Of a stretch of 64,000 bases of DNA, positions 45,374 to 53,597 are shown in pieces; position 1 is the stretch's first letter; every line of letters begins with the position of its first letter. Made by a program: the position numbers and the translations under genes. The notes below the pieces were generated by a model. That model searched no databases. It was not told where the DNA came from and saw only the letters and a program-made list of their open reading frames with translations. The DNA comes from an uncultured delta proteobacterium. GTDB taxonomy: Bacteria > Desulfobacterota > Deferrimicrobia > Deferrimicrobiales > Deferrimicrobiaceae. Where the stretch lies: assembly GCA_963760885.1 (NCBI GenBank), contig CAVXEY010000005.1:8641-72640 (forward strand), written 5' to 3'.

Positions 45374-45508
45374 AGCGACGGGATAATTATAACCGATGAT
45401 ACCCCGTTACCGTCAAACGTTATTTCACGTTATTATTTAGTATATTCGGGAGGGTACTACTTCAAGGAGACGTTATGTCTGATGATGGGAAAAGGGCCTG
45501 TTTTCATT

Positions 45509-45554
45509 CTCATAACCCGAAGGTCCCAGGTTCAAATCCTGGCCCCGCTACCAA
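45509..45554 (+). repeat. attR-type copy: displaced 3' half of tRNA-fMet
   Basis: 46/46 identical to 29232-29277. No 5' half is present. Confidence 0.9.
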
Positions 45555-45562
45555 TACAATCA

Positions 45563-45597
45563 AGGGGTTACGGAGAAATCCGTGACCCCTTTCTTAC
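45563..45597 (+). terminator. hairpin terminator following the tRNA fragment
   Basis: AGGGGTTACGG-AGAAAT-CCGTGACCCCT then TTCTT. Confidence 0.55.
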
Positions 45598-45650
45598 ATA
45601 ATGCGGCGTTTGTGACCAGATTGTGACCAAACGAAAACTTTCCCTCGCGT

Positions 45651-46793
45651 TTATCCGGCATTACCAACGCCCATTTTCTGAGGCGGTGGGTTTCCACCCC
45701 CCGAAATCGCCGGCGGAGTGGGGAACGGGAGTACACCACCCGCTTCCTCGAACCCTTTCAGGAACCGCGTGCCGTCGCGCCGCATCCGGTTCCGGATGAA
45801 CTTCCCGTAGTGCCGGAAGATCATGTCGAGCGTGGTGTGCCCGAGCATCCGGGCCACCCACAAAGGGTCCTCGCCGTGGGAGAGCATCAGGGACGCGAAG
45901 GTGTGGCGCGTCTGGTACATCGTGCGCTTGCGGAGTTTCGCGCTCTGCATCGCCGGGTACCAGACCTTGTTCCGCAGGTTGTTGACCTCCATCGGGTTGC
46001 CTTTCCTGCCCGTGAAGACGTGGGTTGCGTCTTCCGGTGAAGCGAGTCGGTGCTGACGCAGTACCTCGTAGAGGGGATCGAGCATGTCGATGTCCCGGTA
46101 CGAGGAGAGGGTCTTGGGCGGCCCCTCGAACCCCTGCACGCGTCCCTCCCGGATCGTGATGCAACGCATCTCGAAGTCGACGTGGAGCCACTTCAGCGCC
46201 AGCATCTCGTTGGGCCGCATCCCGGTCAAGAACGCCGTGGTGAAGTAAGGGACGTGGTGCGGGTCGACGTGCGCCAGGAACGCCTTCATCTCCGGGAAGG
46301 AGAAGGGGTCGATGAACGGCCTGTCCTCCTTGAACCGGCGGATGAGCTCGGTCGGGTTGTTCTTGATGTCTCCCCGGCGCTTGGCGTCGTTGAACAGGCA
46401 CTTCACCGGGACCATGATGTTGTTCTTGCGCTTGGCGGAGAGCGGTCCCAGGGTTTCCAGGAAATCCTCCATATCCCGGTGGGTGACCTGGCACAGCGGG
46501 GTTTTCCCGAAGTGGGGCAGGGCGTACACCTTCATGATCGAGGCGTAGTCCCCGTATGTCGACCTCGAAACGGTCACCTTCTTCCTCTCCAGCCAGCTGG
46601 CCGCGTACTCGGAGAAGGGGGTCTTGGCGGCCTCGAAGATCCCGAGGTACTCCTGCCGCTCGATCTTGACCAGCAGGTCCCTCTCCACCATGAGAGCGGT
46701 TTTCTTGGAGCGGCCAACGCGCCTGCGGACACGCCGGCCTCTTGCGTCCCGAACGTCTACGTAGTACGTGTTTCCTCGTGTGTAGATGCTCAC
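45651..46793 (-). CDS. tyrosine integrase (full-length paralogue of 26762..27787)
   Basis: 380 aa. N-terminal arm-type domain IYTRGNTYYVDV..., C-terminal YQTRHTFASLML...ARMLGH...HYGKF. Confidence 0.9.
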   Translation of the reverse strand: MSIYTRGNTYYVDVRDARGRRVRRRVGRSKKTALMVERDLLVKIERQEYLGIFEAAKTPFSEYAASWLERKKVTVSRSTYGDYASIMKVYALPHFGKTPLCQVTHRDMEDFLETLGPLSAKRKNNIMVPVKCLFNDAKRRGDIKNNPTELIRRFKEDRPFIDPFSFPEMKAFLAHVDPHHVPYFTTAFLTGMRPNEMLALKWLHVDFEMRCITIREGRVQGFEGPPKTLSSYRDIDMLDPLYEVLRQHRLASPEDATHVFTGRKGNPMEVNNLRNKVWYPAMQSAKLRKRTMYQTRHTFASLMLSHGEDPLWVARMLGHTTLDMIFRHYGKFIRNRMRRDGTRFLKGFEEAGGVLPFPTPPAISGGGNPPPQKMGVGNAG

Positions 46794-46923
46794 GTTTGGC
46801 CTCCTCAGGGCCTCGTGGGCACGCTTTGGACACAGGTTGAGGGGGAGTGGTACCTCCTTGGAATGAGGTTGTGAAGGACTACCCCCATTATGGCGTCTTC
46901 CCCCGCACCTATGTCAACGAGGA

Positions 46924-47241
46924 TCAACGTCTCTCCCGCAGAATCCGGCTGGCAAACTCCGATGGGGTGGTCTGGCACGTCGCCACACAGCGGTCCACCC
47001 ACGCGGCGATGTCGGACTCCCGGAACCGGACGGCCCCGCGGAACTTGATGTGCGGGATGTACCCGATGTGGGTCCAATAGCGGATCGTAGATTCCTTAAC
47101 ATTCAGGTGACGGGCCACCTCGTTGGAATTCCATAACGAACAACTCAATGTGGCACCCCCTTGCCCGGAAGATGATTCCGTCGGTGCCGTCGCGGCGGAA
47201 TATTGTTGAAGGAGCGACCGCGGTACGTTGGGTCCTCTCAT
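46924..47241 (-). CDS. excisionase-family helix-turn-helix protein
   Basis: NEVARHLNVKESTIRYWTHIGYIPHIKFRGAVRFRESDIAAWV. ATGA overlap with the upstream gene. Confidence 0.7.
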   Translation of the reverse strand: MRGPNVPRSLLQQYSAATAPTESSSGQGGATLSCSLWNSNEVARHLNVKESTIRYWTHIGYIPHIKFRGAVRFRESDIAAWVDRCVATCQTTPSEFASRILRERR

Positions 47242-47678
47242 GCAGGAGTTCCTCCTTTCGATTCGTCCAAAGCGTTGAGTACGGCCCGGATTAGCCGCGT
47301 CGGTAATGTCTCCGGGGTCGGATCGGAAATGATCGTTGCAGGAAGATTGAGTAACTTGCGTTCCAGATCAAGCCGTGCGCAGATGGCCGCCTTGATGAGC
47401 CCCGGTTCGCCTTGCGCGTCCTTCGGCATCTCGTTCGCCATTCGGATTCTCCGTTTGAGGTCGAGCTGCCGCTGAGCGAGGTTTTCTAAAAGATCCGGAA
47501 AGTCGTGAAATGCGGGATCGTTCCCGGCCCCTGCCTGCGCGAGGTCGCGGCGAGCGCGCCATCCCGCCACAAGAGCGGGATCGCCTCCTTTATTAGTGAT
47601 AGGAGCGCCCCGCCGCTGCCAATCGTTTATCGTCGGACGGGAAACATCGAAGTATTCAGCTATTTGGCACTTATTCAT
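47238..47678 (-). CDS. Nu1-like phage small terminase / DNA-packaging HTH protein
   Basis: N-terminus MNKCQIAEYFDVSRPTINDWQRRGAPI resembles lambda Nu1 as remembered. Confidence 0.55.
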   Translation of the reverse strand: MNKCQIAEYFDVSRPTINDWQRRGAPITNKGGDPALVAGWRARRDLAQAGAGNDPAFHDFPDLLENLAQRQLDLKRRIRMANEMPKDAQGEPGLIKAAICARLDLERKLLNLPATIISDPTPETLPTRLIRAVLNALDESKGGTPA

Positions 47679-47819
47679 CTTTTGCTCCTCCGTTTCCCTT
47701 GTAATAACAGGGAGTTCGAAAAACAGTGTCTCTGGCTGAATATCGGGGTCCGAAGGGTACCCGCGGAGATCTCGTCAGGAAGGACCCGATAATTTCGTTA
47801 GTCCAGGTTGCACAGCACA

Positions 47820-48065
47820 TTATGGCCTTGGGGGCAGCTTCGCCTGAGCGTCCTCAAATTTCTGCCTCCAATGTTCCCGCTGCCGCTTGGTTAGGTGTTC
47901 TCTGTTCGCGCTCCGCTCGTAATACCGGACGACCAGGGCGTGACGGTCCCATTCCCTCCGGGCGAATTCCAAACTTCGCCGGCAGGAAACGGAACAATGC
48001 AACCGGTTCGGGCGGCCCTCGAAAGACTTGCCGCAGTTCCCACAGATCAAGGTTACGTTGGGCAT
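47820..48065 (-). CDS. zinc-ribbon hypothetical protein
   Basis: 81 aa. CGNCGKSF...HCSVSC. Confidence 0.5.
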   Translation of the reverse strand: MPNVTLICGNCGKSFEGRPNRLHCSVSCRRSLEFARREWDRHALVVRYYERSANREHLTKRQREHWRQKFEDAQAKLPPRP

Positions 48066-48114
48066 GGAACCTCCACAGATCTAGAATTCTTGAATTGCGG
48101 AAACGCGCATGTCA

Positions 48115-48294
48115 CTAGCCACACGGTTTTATGTCTTGAAGTTGGTAAGATTTGATTCCCCCCCCATTTGCTTCCTTCTCAACCCTTGCCGCCTGGTCTT
48201 CCTCCAACCTGCGGGCGTACGTCCACGGACAGCGTGCCTTCTCGCACTCCTTGAGACTATTAACCTCGAGGTAAATGGCATCCAAACTTCGCAC
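48115..48294 (-). CDS. small Cys-rich protein, homologue of 41783..41956 (below the ORF-track size cut-off)
   Basis: GTG start, 59 aa, translated by hand: VRSLDAIYLEVNSLKECEKARCPWTYARRLEEDQ... Confidence 0.5.
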   Translation of the reverse strand: MRSLDAIYLEVNSLKECEKARCPWTYARRLEEDQAARVEKEANGGGIKSYQLQDIKPCG

Positions 48295-48541
48295 TGGCGA
48301 AAGGATCGGGGGTCATAGGGTAGTCTCCCTCGGGGGAATGTACGGAATACGTTCCCCCCGTAGGGGGAAGGTGTCGGACACTCGGACATGATCGATTTCA
48401 TTGATCTTTTATCCGTCCGATATGGTAAACGGACAATACCGGGCCGGACATATCGCAAGTAAGCGTTATTTAAGGACAACGATGTGTACGTCCGGAGCTT
48501 ATGTCCGAGAGCGGACACTTCGGACGGAGTATGGTCCGCAA

Positions 48542-49714
48542 TCATTCCTGATTCCCTTTCAAGAAGTAGATGTTTCTCTTGCTGCCAGGTAATGTCGCAT
48601 GCCTAATCCTGCCGTCCCGCTCCGCCTTGAGAATGGCTTCCTTCGGTGTGGAGGAGGTGACGGAGCAGCCTGTACGCCGGGCAAGCGCCTCAATCATGGC
48701 CGTCCTACCCTCGACCCTGCCCCCGGCGTCGTCCAGAACCGCGACAACATCGTCAGAGGTGACGATCCGCTTCCCCACGTCGGTCATGGTGAATAGCGGG
48801 CCTTCCTTCGCCAGCTCCATGTCTTCGACGGGATCGTCGTGCCGAAGGTCGAATTTCAGAATAAACCGGTCAAGCGATTCGGCCTTCTTCCGCTGGAGGA
48901 CGAGAGCGGAGTCGGTGAATGCACCCCAGCCAGCGCCTCGGATCTCCGCGATCCCGCCGTCGACCGGCCCGGCCTTGCGGGTATGGTGGACGACGACCAC
49001 CGTCTTCCCGGCGGCCTTCAGCCTGTCGATAAAATCCTGTACCTCCCGGGCATCGGAGTGACTGTTCTCGTCGCCCCTGCTCTGGAAACGGAACGCGGGG
49101 TCGAAGATGACGATGTCCGCCGGCTCTGCCCACCTTGCTATCGCCTCCTGCGCCGCCGGCGTGTCGTACTTCACTCGGCCCAGGGTCGACAGGATTAAGA
49201 GGTTGTCCAGGTCCGCGTCTTCGACCCCGGGGAAGAAGGCGAGCGCCGTCTGGAATCTCTTCCGCAAAGTAGGGTCGCTTCCTTCGCCCCCCAGGTAGAG
49301 GACCTTCTTCCGCTCAACCACCGCAAAACCGAGGAAGGGCTTTCCGGTGACGATGCAGAGAGCCAGGAGGAGCGCGAGCCAGGTCTTCCCGACCTTCGGA
49401 GCCCCGGCAATCAGGAGAAGGGTCCCGGCGATGAGGATTCTTTCGACAATTGAAACAGGCGGAGGGGTCGCGTCGAGAAGGAGGTCGGTCGTGGTCCGGG
49501 GGCGCATCGTGTCCAGCGCGAGGATTTCCGCCGCTATTTGTGTTACCGAACGCTGTCCGCCGTTTCCGCCCGACCTTCTGACGGGAAGGGGGGATCCGGC
49601 CGCGTCGAGAGCTTCGATGAAATCCTCGTCGATCTCGTCGTCCCGGAGCTGCCGATCAGGAGGGTCGGGAAGCACGGCATCGGCGAAGATGGGATCGTCC
49701 ATCATCTCGGCCAC
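48542..49714 (-). CDS. RecA-fold ATPase of RepA/AAA_25 type (plasmid/phage replication helicase-like)
   Basis: Walker A GAPKVGKTW, Walker B DIVIFDP, VVVHHTRKAG. Confidence 0.75.
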   Translation of the reverse strand: MAEMMDDPIFADAVLPDPPDRQLRDDEIDEDFIEALDAAGSPLPVRRSGGNGGQRSVTQIAAEILALDTMRPRTTTDLLLDATPPPVSIVERILIAGTLLLIAGAPKVGKTWLALLLALCIVTGKPFLGFAVVERKKVLYLGGEGSDPTLRKRFQTALAFFPGVEDADLDNLLILSTLGRVKYDTPAAQEAIARWAEPADIVIFDPAFRFQSRGDENSHSDAREVQDFIDRLKAAGKTVVVVHHTRKAGPVDGGIAEIRGAGWGAFTDSALVLQRKKAESLDRFILKFDLRHDDPVEDMELAKEGPLFTMTDVGKRIVTSDDVVAVLDDAGGRVEGRTAMIEALARRTGCSVTSSTPKEAILKAERDGRIRHATLPGSKRNIYFLKGNQE

Positions 49715-49941
49715 TTCGGATTGCCCTTGTCGTCAAACGGAACAAAACAAGGAAGGTTGTCCAATTTATTGGTATACGCCGTGAACGAAATTATCTTGCT
49801 ATGAGGTCCGGGCGGCTCCTCCTGCTCGAGCGGTAACGGTGGTCGCGGTTGTATCTTCGTCCCCACCTCGATAACGGCCTCCATGAAATCGTCGTCAACC
49901 TGGTCCACCTTGGGGACGAGATGTAGACGGAGTCCGGTCAT
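49702..49941 (-). CDS. hypothetical protein
   Basis: 79-aa ORF. Overlapping stops and starts with both neighbours. Confidence 0.4.
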   Translation of the reverse strand: MTGLRLHLVPKVDQVDDDFMEAVIEVGTKIQPRPPLPLEQEEPPGPHSKIISFTAYTNKLDNLPCFVPFDDKGNPKWPR

Positions 49942-50135
49942 CTCGTTGTCCGCTTTCCCCGCTGCTCTTCGATGAAGGCGGCAAGATCCTCGGGATTAAT
50001 ACGAACGCTCGACCCGATGCGGACCATCTGGATCAGACAATCGCGGACGGCCTTGTATCCCATCGGAAGGGAATGTCCGAGCGTATCGACGAACGCTTGC
50101 CGAACCGTCAGGAGCTTTGGGAGGGGAGGGGTCAC
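49938..50135 (-). CDS. small helix-turn-helix (AlpA/excisionase-like) protein
   Basis: 65 aa. LLTVRQAF...VRINPEDLAAFIEE. 4-nt overlaps on both sides. Confidence 0.45.
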   Translation of the reverse strand: MTPPLPKLLTVRQAFVDTLGHSLPMGYKAVRDCLIQMVRIGSSVRINPEDLAAFIEEQRGKRTTR

Positions 50136-50374
50136 TTCGCCCGTGCCATCGCCTTGAGGGATTCCCGCCGCCCGCGTTCGAGCGGGGCGGTGACGGGATC
50201 GCGGGGGACTCTCGTTTCAGAGAGCGCGACCTCCGCTGCAAGCCGGACAAGGGCCGGATCACGTGACACCGCGACGAGGCGTGCCTCGTTCAATGTCTTC
50301 CCGGAATACAGGACTACGAAATCCATTTGGCCTCCCGATGGACCGTGCTGATACATATCCACGCGGGAAGGCAA
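50132..50374 (-). CDS. hypothetical protein
   Basis: 80-aa ORF, translationally coupled. Confidence 0.4.
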   Translation of the reverse strand: MPSRVDMYQHGPSGGQMDFVVLYSGKTLNEARLVAVSRDPALVRLAAEVALSETRVPRDPVTAPLERGRRESLKAMARAK

Positions 50375-50415
50375 TTTTGTGACCGACTATTTTTTTAGGG
50401 TTAAACGATGAGAGA

Positions 50416-51633
50416 TTACGGTGGCTTACAACGCCGGAGGGGCGCCTTCTTCATCTTGGATAGTCGTTGCCTTAACGCCACTTCGGTGATTTTCAGCGCC
50501 TTCGCTGTTTTTCGGTAGTCTTGTCCGTTCTCGAATAGGACTTGAATCGTCTTCTTGTTCTCGGGGGATAGCCGCTCGAAACGCTTCCATACATCGAGCC
50601 GGTCCGCGAGTGCCGCCTGATGGAGTTCCACTCCGGTCGCAGTGAGTTCCTCGTCTTCTACAGGGTCGAACTCTTCCGCGTCCTCCGGATCATCAGATAG
50701 TCTTTCCATCTTCAAGTAAGAGAAAGCATCCGTCTTCTTCGGGATACGGAGGTCGGTTTCCGCCTCACTCCTATATGCGGCCTTGAACTTCAGGGTCAGT
50801 TCTTCCTCAGTCGTGAACATCCCGGTTTTCCTTCGTGCCGTGACAGCCCCGACCGCGAGAGAGCGGAGAAGCCGTTCCTTCATAACCTCCTCAAGCGATT
50901 TCCCTTCCGATTTTGCGTCGTCGACCAAGTTGCGCATTACATACCCTTCGACCTTCTTCCAACGACCGTAGTGTATGGGTTTCGGGTGCCTATCGAGCAA
51001 CCGATCCAGGGCGTCCGCCTGCTCCGTCTCCGGAACGGATGGAACTGTTCCGAGGAGATGGTCGCGGGCCTCCGTTCCGTGGCGATATTTTTCCGCGTAC
51101 TTCTTCTTGAACACATTGGTGGGGTTATTGCCAAAATTGGGGAAGAGCATAGGGAATCGCTCAACAGTTGCAGCAAAATCAGGAAATTGATTTTTTAACC
51201 AGGAGGGAGCAACCACCCGATCCTTCCCATGATCGGGTTTAGGACCAAGTCCGTTTATATACAACGCTTCTCTGTAAATCCGATACTTGGCGTCGGAGTG
51301 ACCGGCCCCGAGCTTCCCTGCCTCCTCGTCTGAGTACACTCGGTTCCCATCTTCGTCAACGATGGCCCGAGCCAAAAGCAGGCCTTCTATCCGACCTGGT
51401 ATCCACTTATAGAAGAAGTTTCCGTTCTCGTCGCGGGATTCGATAATGGCGGCCTCGAACGTGTCCCGCTCCTCCTTCCCTATACGACGGACAAAAACAT
51501 CCATGCCCAATTCGGGAATGGGGATGCGCTTTATCTTTGTGGGTTTTTCTTTCTTCGTCACGTTCCACCCCCCAAGGTGGTCCTCGAAGGTGATCCCGGG
51601 GAACGCGGTGAGTATACCCCGCGTTTGCCCCAT
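50416..51633 (-). CDS. hypothetical protein with C-terminal sigma-70 region-4-like HTH
   Basis: 405 aa. C-terminus ENKKTIQVLFENGQDYRKTAKALKITEVALRQRLSKMKK. Confidence 0.55.
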   Translation of the reverse strand: MGQTRGILTAFPGITFEDHLGGWNVTKKEKPTKIKRIPIPELGMDVFVRRIGKEERDTFEAAIIESRDENGNFFYKWIPGRIEGLLLARAIVDEDGNRVYSDEEAGKLGAGHSDAKYRIYREALYINGLGPKPDHGKDRVVAPSWLKNQFPDFAATVERFPMLFPNFGNNPTNVFKKKYAEKYRHGTEARDHLLGTVPSVPETEQADALDRLLDRHPKPIHYGRWKKVEGYVMRNLVDDAKSEGKSLEEVMKERLLRSLAVGAVTARRKTGMFTTEEELTLKFKAAYRSEAETDLRIPKKTDAFSYLKMERLSDDPEDAEEFDPVEDEELTATGVELHQAALADRLDVWKRFERLSPENKKTIQVLFENGQDYRKTAKALKITEVALRQRLSKMKKAPLRRCKPP

Positions 51634-51900
51634 TAGCTGATTGCCAGAAATTAAATATAGGCATCAAGACCCAACGGGGTCAACCGGTGAAGAGTTTGAC
51701 CGACGGGTAACCATCCCGAAGGTCATTTTATAAATTCTGTTAAATATGCCATGTATGGCCGGATGAAGATTTTGCTGTTGCAGAATATTTAGTGTTCTTG
51801 TGGCCAAGTTGTGCCCACGCGAATTAATAAATTGCACTTCGACAAGCGCGAAAGAAGGATGTGAGAAGGGCCGCGCACTCCTCCGCGAGGACTCCGGACG

Positions 51901-51963
51901 TTACGGCGGCGCGGTGATTGAGGCGCTGATCGATTCACGGATGTCGCGGCAGCTCATCGTCAT
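51901..51963 (-). pseudogene. truncated anti-sigma factor (zf-HC2 type N-terminus only)
   Basis: GGAGG RBS, MTMSCRDIRESISA..., then a stop after 20 codons. Lies 43 nt downstream of the ECF sigma gene. Confidence 0.5.
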
Positions 51964-52006
51964 CCTCCGTCCTGTTCCTGTAAACCCGGGGGAGGGGAAA
52001 AAGGTT

Positions 52007-52585
52007 TCACGCGGTAAGGTCTTTCGACAGGCGCGACAGGAGCACCTCGCGGGCCCGGAAGATGCGCGTCTTCACCGCCTGCACCGTGACCCCGAGGACA
52101 TGCGCCACCTCCTCGTAGGAGAGCCCGTCCCCCCGGTTGAGGACGAACGCGGCGCGCTGCCCCTCCGGGAGCTCCCCGAGGGCGGTCCGGAACCGTTCCG
52201 TGAGTTGCCCCTCCCAGACGACCTGCTCCGGGTTCCGATCGTCCGGCCCCGGCAGTTGCACCGGATAGACGCCGTCCCCCCCCTCCCCTTCCAGAAGGAT
52301 CGGGATTCTCTCCCCGTCCTCTTTCGTGTCCCGCAGGTAATTGAGGGTGGTCCGGCGTGCAACGGTGTACATCCAGGTGGTGAATTTCGCCGTTGGGAGG
52401 TACGTGGGCGCGGCGCGGGCGATCCGCAGGAAGATCTCCTGGGCAGCCTCTTCGGCGGAGGAGGGGTCCCCCGTCATCCGCCAGGCGAACCGGACCACGG
52501 CGCGATGATGGCGGGAAAACAGCTCCTCGAACGCCTCCCGGCTCCCCTCCCGGAAGAGGAGCATCAACTCCTCGTCGGTCCGCAT
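52007..52585 (-). CDS. ECF-type RNA polymerase sigma-70 factor
   Basis: 192 aa. Region 2 (FEELFSRHHRAVVRFAWRM...) and region 4 (LSYEEVAHVLGVTVQAVKTRIFRAR). Confidence 0.85.
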   Translation of the reverse strand: MRTDEELMLLFREGSREAFEELFSRHHRAVVRFAWRMTGDPSSAEEAAQEIFLRIARAAPTYLPTAKFTTWMYTVARRTTLNYLRDTKEDGERIPILLEGEGGDGVYPVQLPGPDDRNPEQVVWEGQLTERFRTALGELPEGQRAAFVLNRGDGLSYEEVAHVLGVTVQAVKTRIFRAREVLLSRLSKDLTA

Positions 52586-52586
52586 G

Positions 52587-53120
52587 TCAGAACGGCCAGA
52601 AGCGCGCCTCTTCCCAGTACATCTCCCGCAACTGGTCGTATTGCCGCGTCAAGACGTCCAGGTGGTCCTGTTCCCAGGCGACGAGGTCGGAGAAGACCTT
52701 TTCCGCGCGTGCGTCCCCGGCGACCGTTTTCAGCAAGGAGGAGAACTGGGCGATCGCGCGTCTCTCCAGCGTCATCCCGATGGAGAGCGCCGCCACCTCC
52801 CCCTCCGCCTGCCGGCCCTCCTTCACGAGGTCGTCGGTGAGCAGGGGGCTTTTGAACTTCGCGAGCGCCTTCCTCGCCGACGCGCTCCGCTCGAATTTCA
52901 TCCCTTTTCCCTCGGCCAGCCGCTGCATCTGGTTCACGATCGCCTCGCGGTGGCGCTCCTCCTCCTCCATCAGGAACCTGAACATCTGGCGGACCGCGTC
53001 ACGGCGGGCGCTTCCCGCGGCCATCCGGTAGAACTCCGCACCGTCGATCTCGTTGCGCAGCGCCTGCTTCAGCCCCTTCATGACGGTGCTGTCCTTCGCC
53101 CGCGGCGGACCCTTTATCAT
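52587..53120 (-). CDS. ferritin-like/rubrerythrin-type di-iron domain protein
   Basis: 177 aa. EIDGAEFYR...EEEERHREAI pattern. Stop lies 1 nt from the sigma start. Confidence 0.65.
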   Translation of the reverse strand: MIKGPPRAKDSTVMKGLKQALRNEIDGAEFYRMAAGSARRDAVRQMFRFLMEEEERHREAIVNQMQRLAEGKGMKFERSASARKALAKFKSPLLTDDLVKEGRQAEGEVAALSIGMTLERRAIAQFSSLLKTVAGDARAEKVFSDLVAWEQDHLDVLTRQYDQLREMYWEEARFWPF

Positions 53121-53597
53121 ATGGGAACACCTCCTTCTGGACTATAATGATGCCAGCATGAATGATGATATCTGCTATCTACTCCATAAGGTAGGGGCGA
53201 AACATGGCCGCTAAGGATTGTGGAGCGCCAATGCGAAGATCCCCGTTATAACAAATTTCTTGCGATGCAATGAGGACAGGTACGAAGGTCCAGATGGGTT
53301 TTTCGCTGACACGACAGCGATTGTCGCCTGTGTCATGTTATAAGTTTCCATGTGATTGTCCGCTGCAGTTGGTGTCTTTATATAATGTTTGGTAAAGAAT
53401 AGCCAGTGATCGGGCTTCCGGCAACCGGCCGAAATCCCGGAGTATTCCATTAGGGGAATAACCACTTTTCAAACTTGTATGTGGGAGAATGAGACTGATG
53501 ATTTTTATCACATCACAACTTAAAAATTCATCCAGATGCCTCCAAAGTTTTCCTCTCAGTATTATTATCCAATTAACGGGTAAAATTGAAAGAATCA

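Larger units (their letters stand above)
45555..51723. mobile_element. second satellite-like integrative element (right boundary tentative)
   Basis: Integrase, excisionase, Nu1-like small terminase and RepA-type ATPase, all on the - strand. AT-rich junction and truncated host-like gene at 51.7-51.96 kb. Confidence 0.55.

Noticed and set aside
51800-52840. 346-aa + strand ORF across the sigma factor locus.
   Set aside because: It is antisense to a clear ECF sigma factor and a ferritin-like gene, with low-complexity Arg/Pro content.
53121-53597. AT-rich 470-bp spacer upstream of the methyltransferase, searched for a controller (C) protein or small regulatory ORF.
   Set aside because: Only short ORFs without HTH-like sequence are present (53211..53465 -, 53338..53598 - look spurious). 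Nothing supportable.
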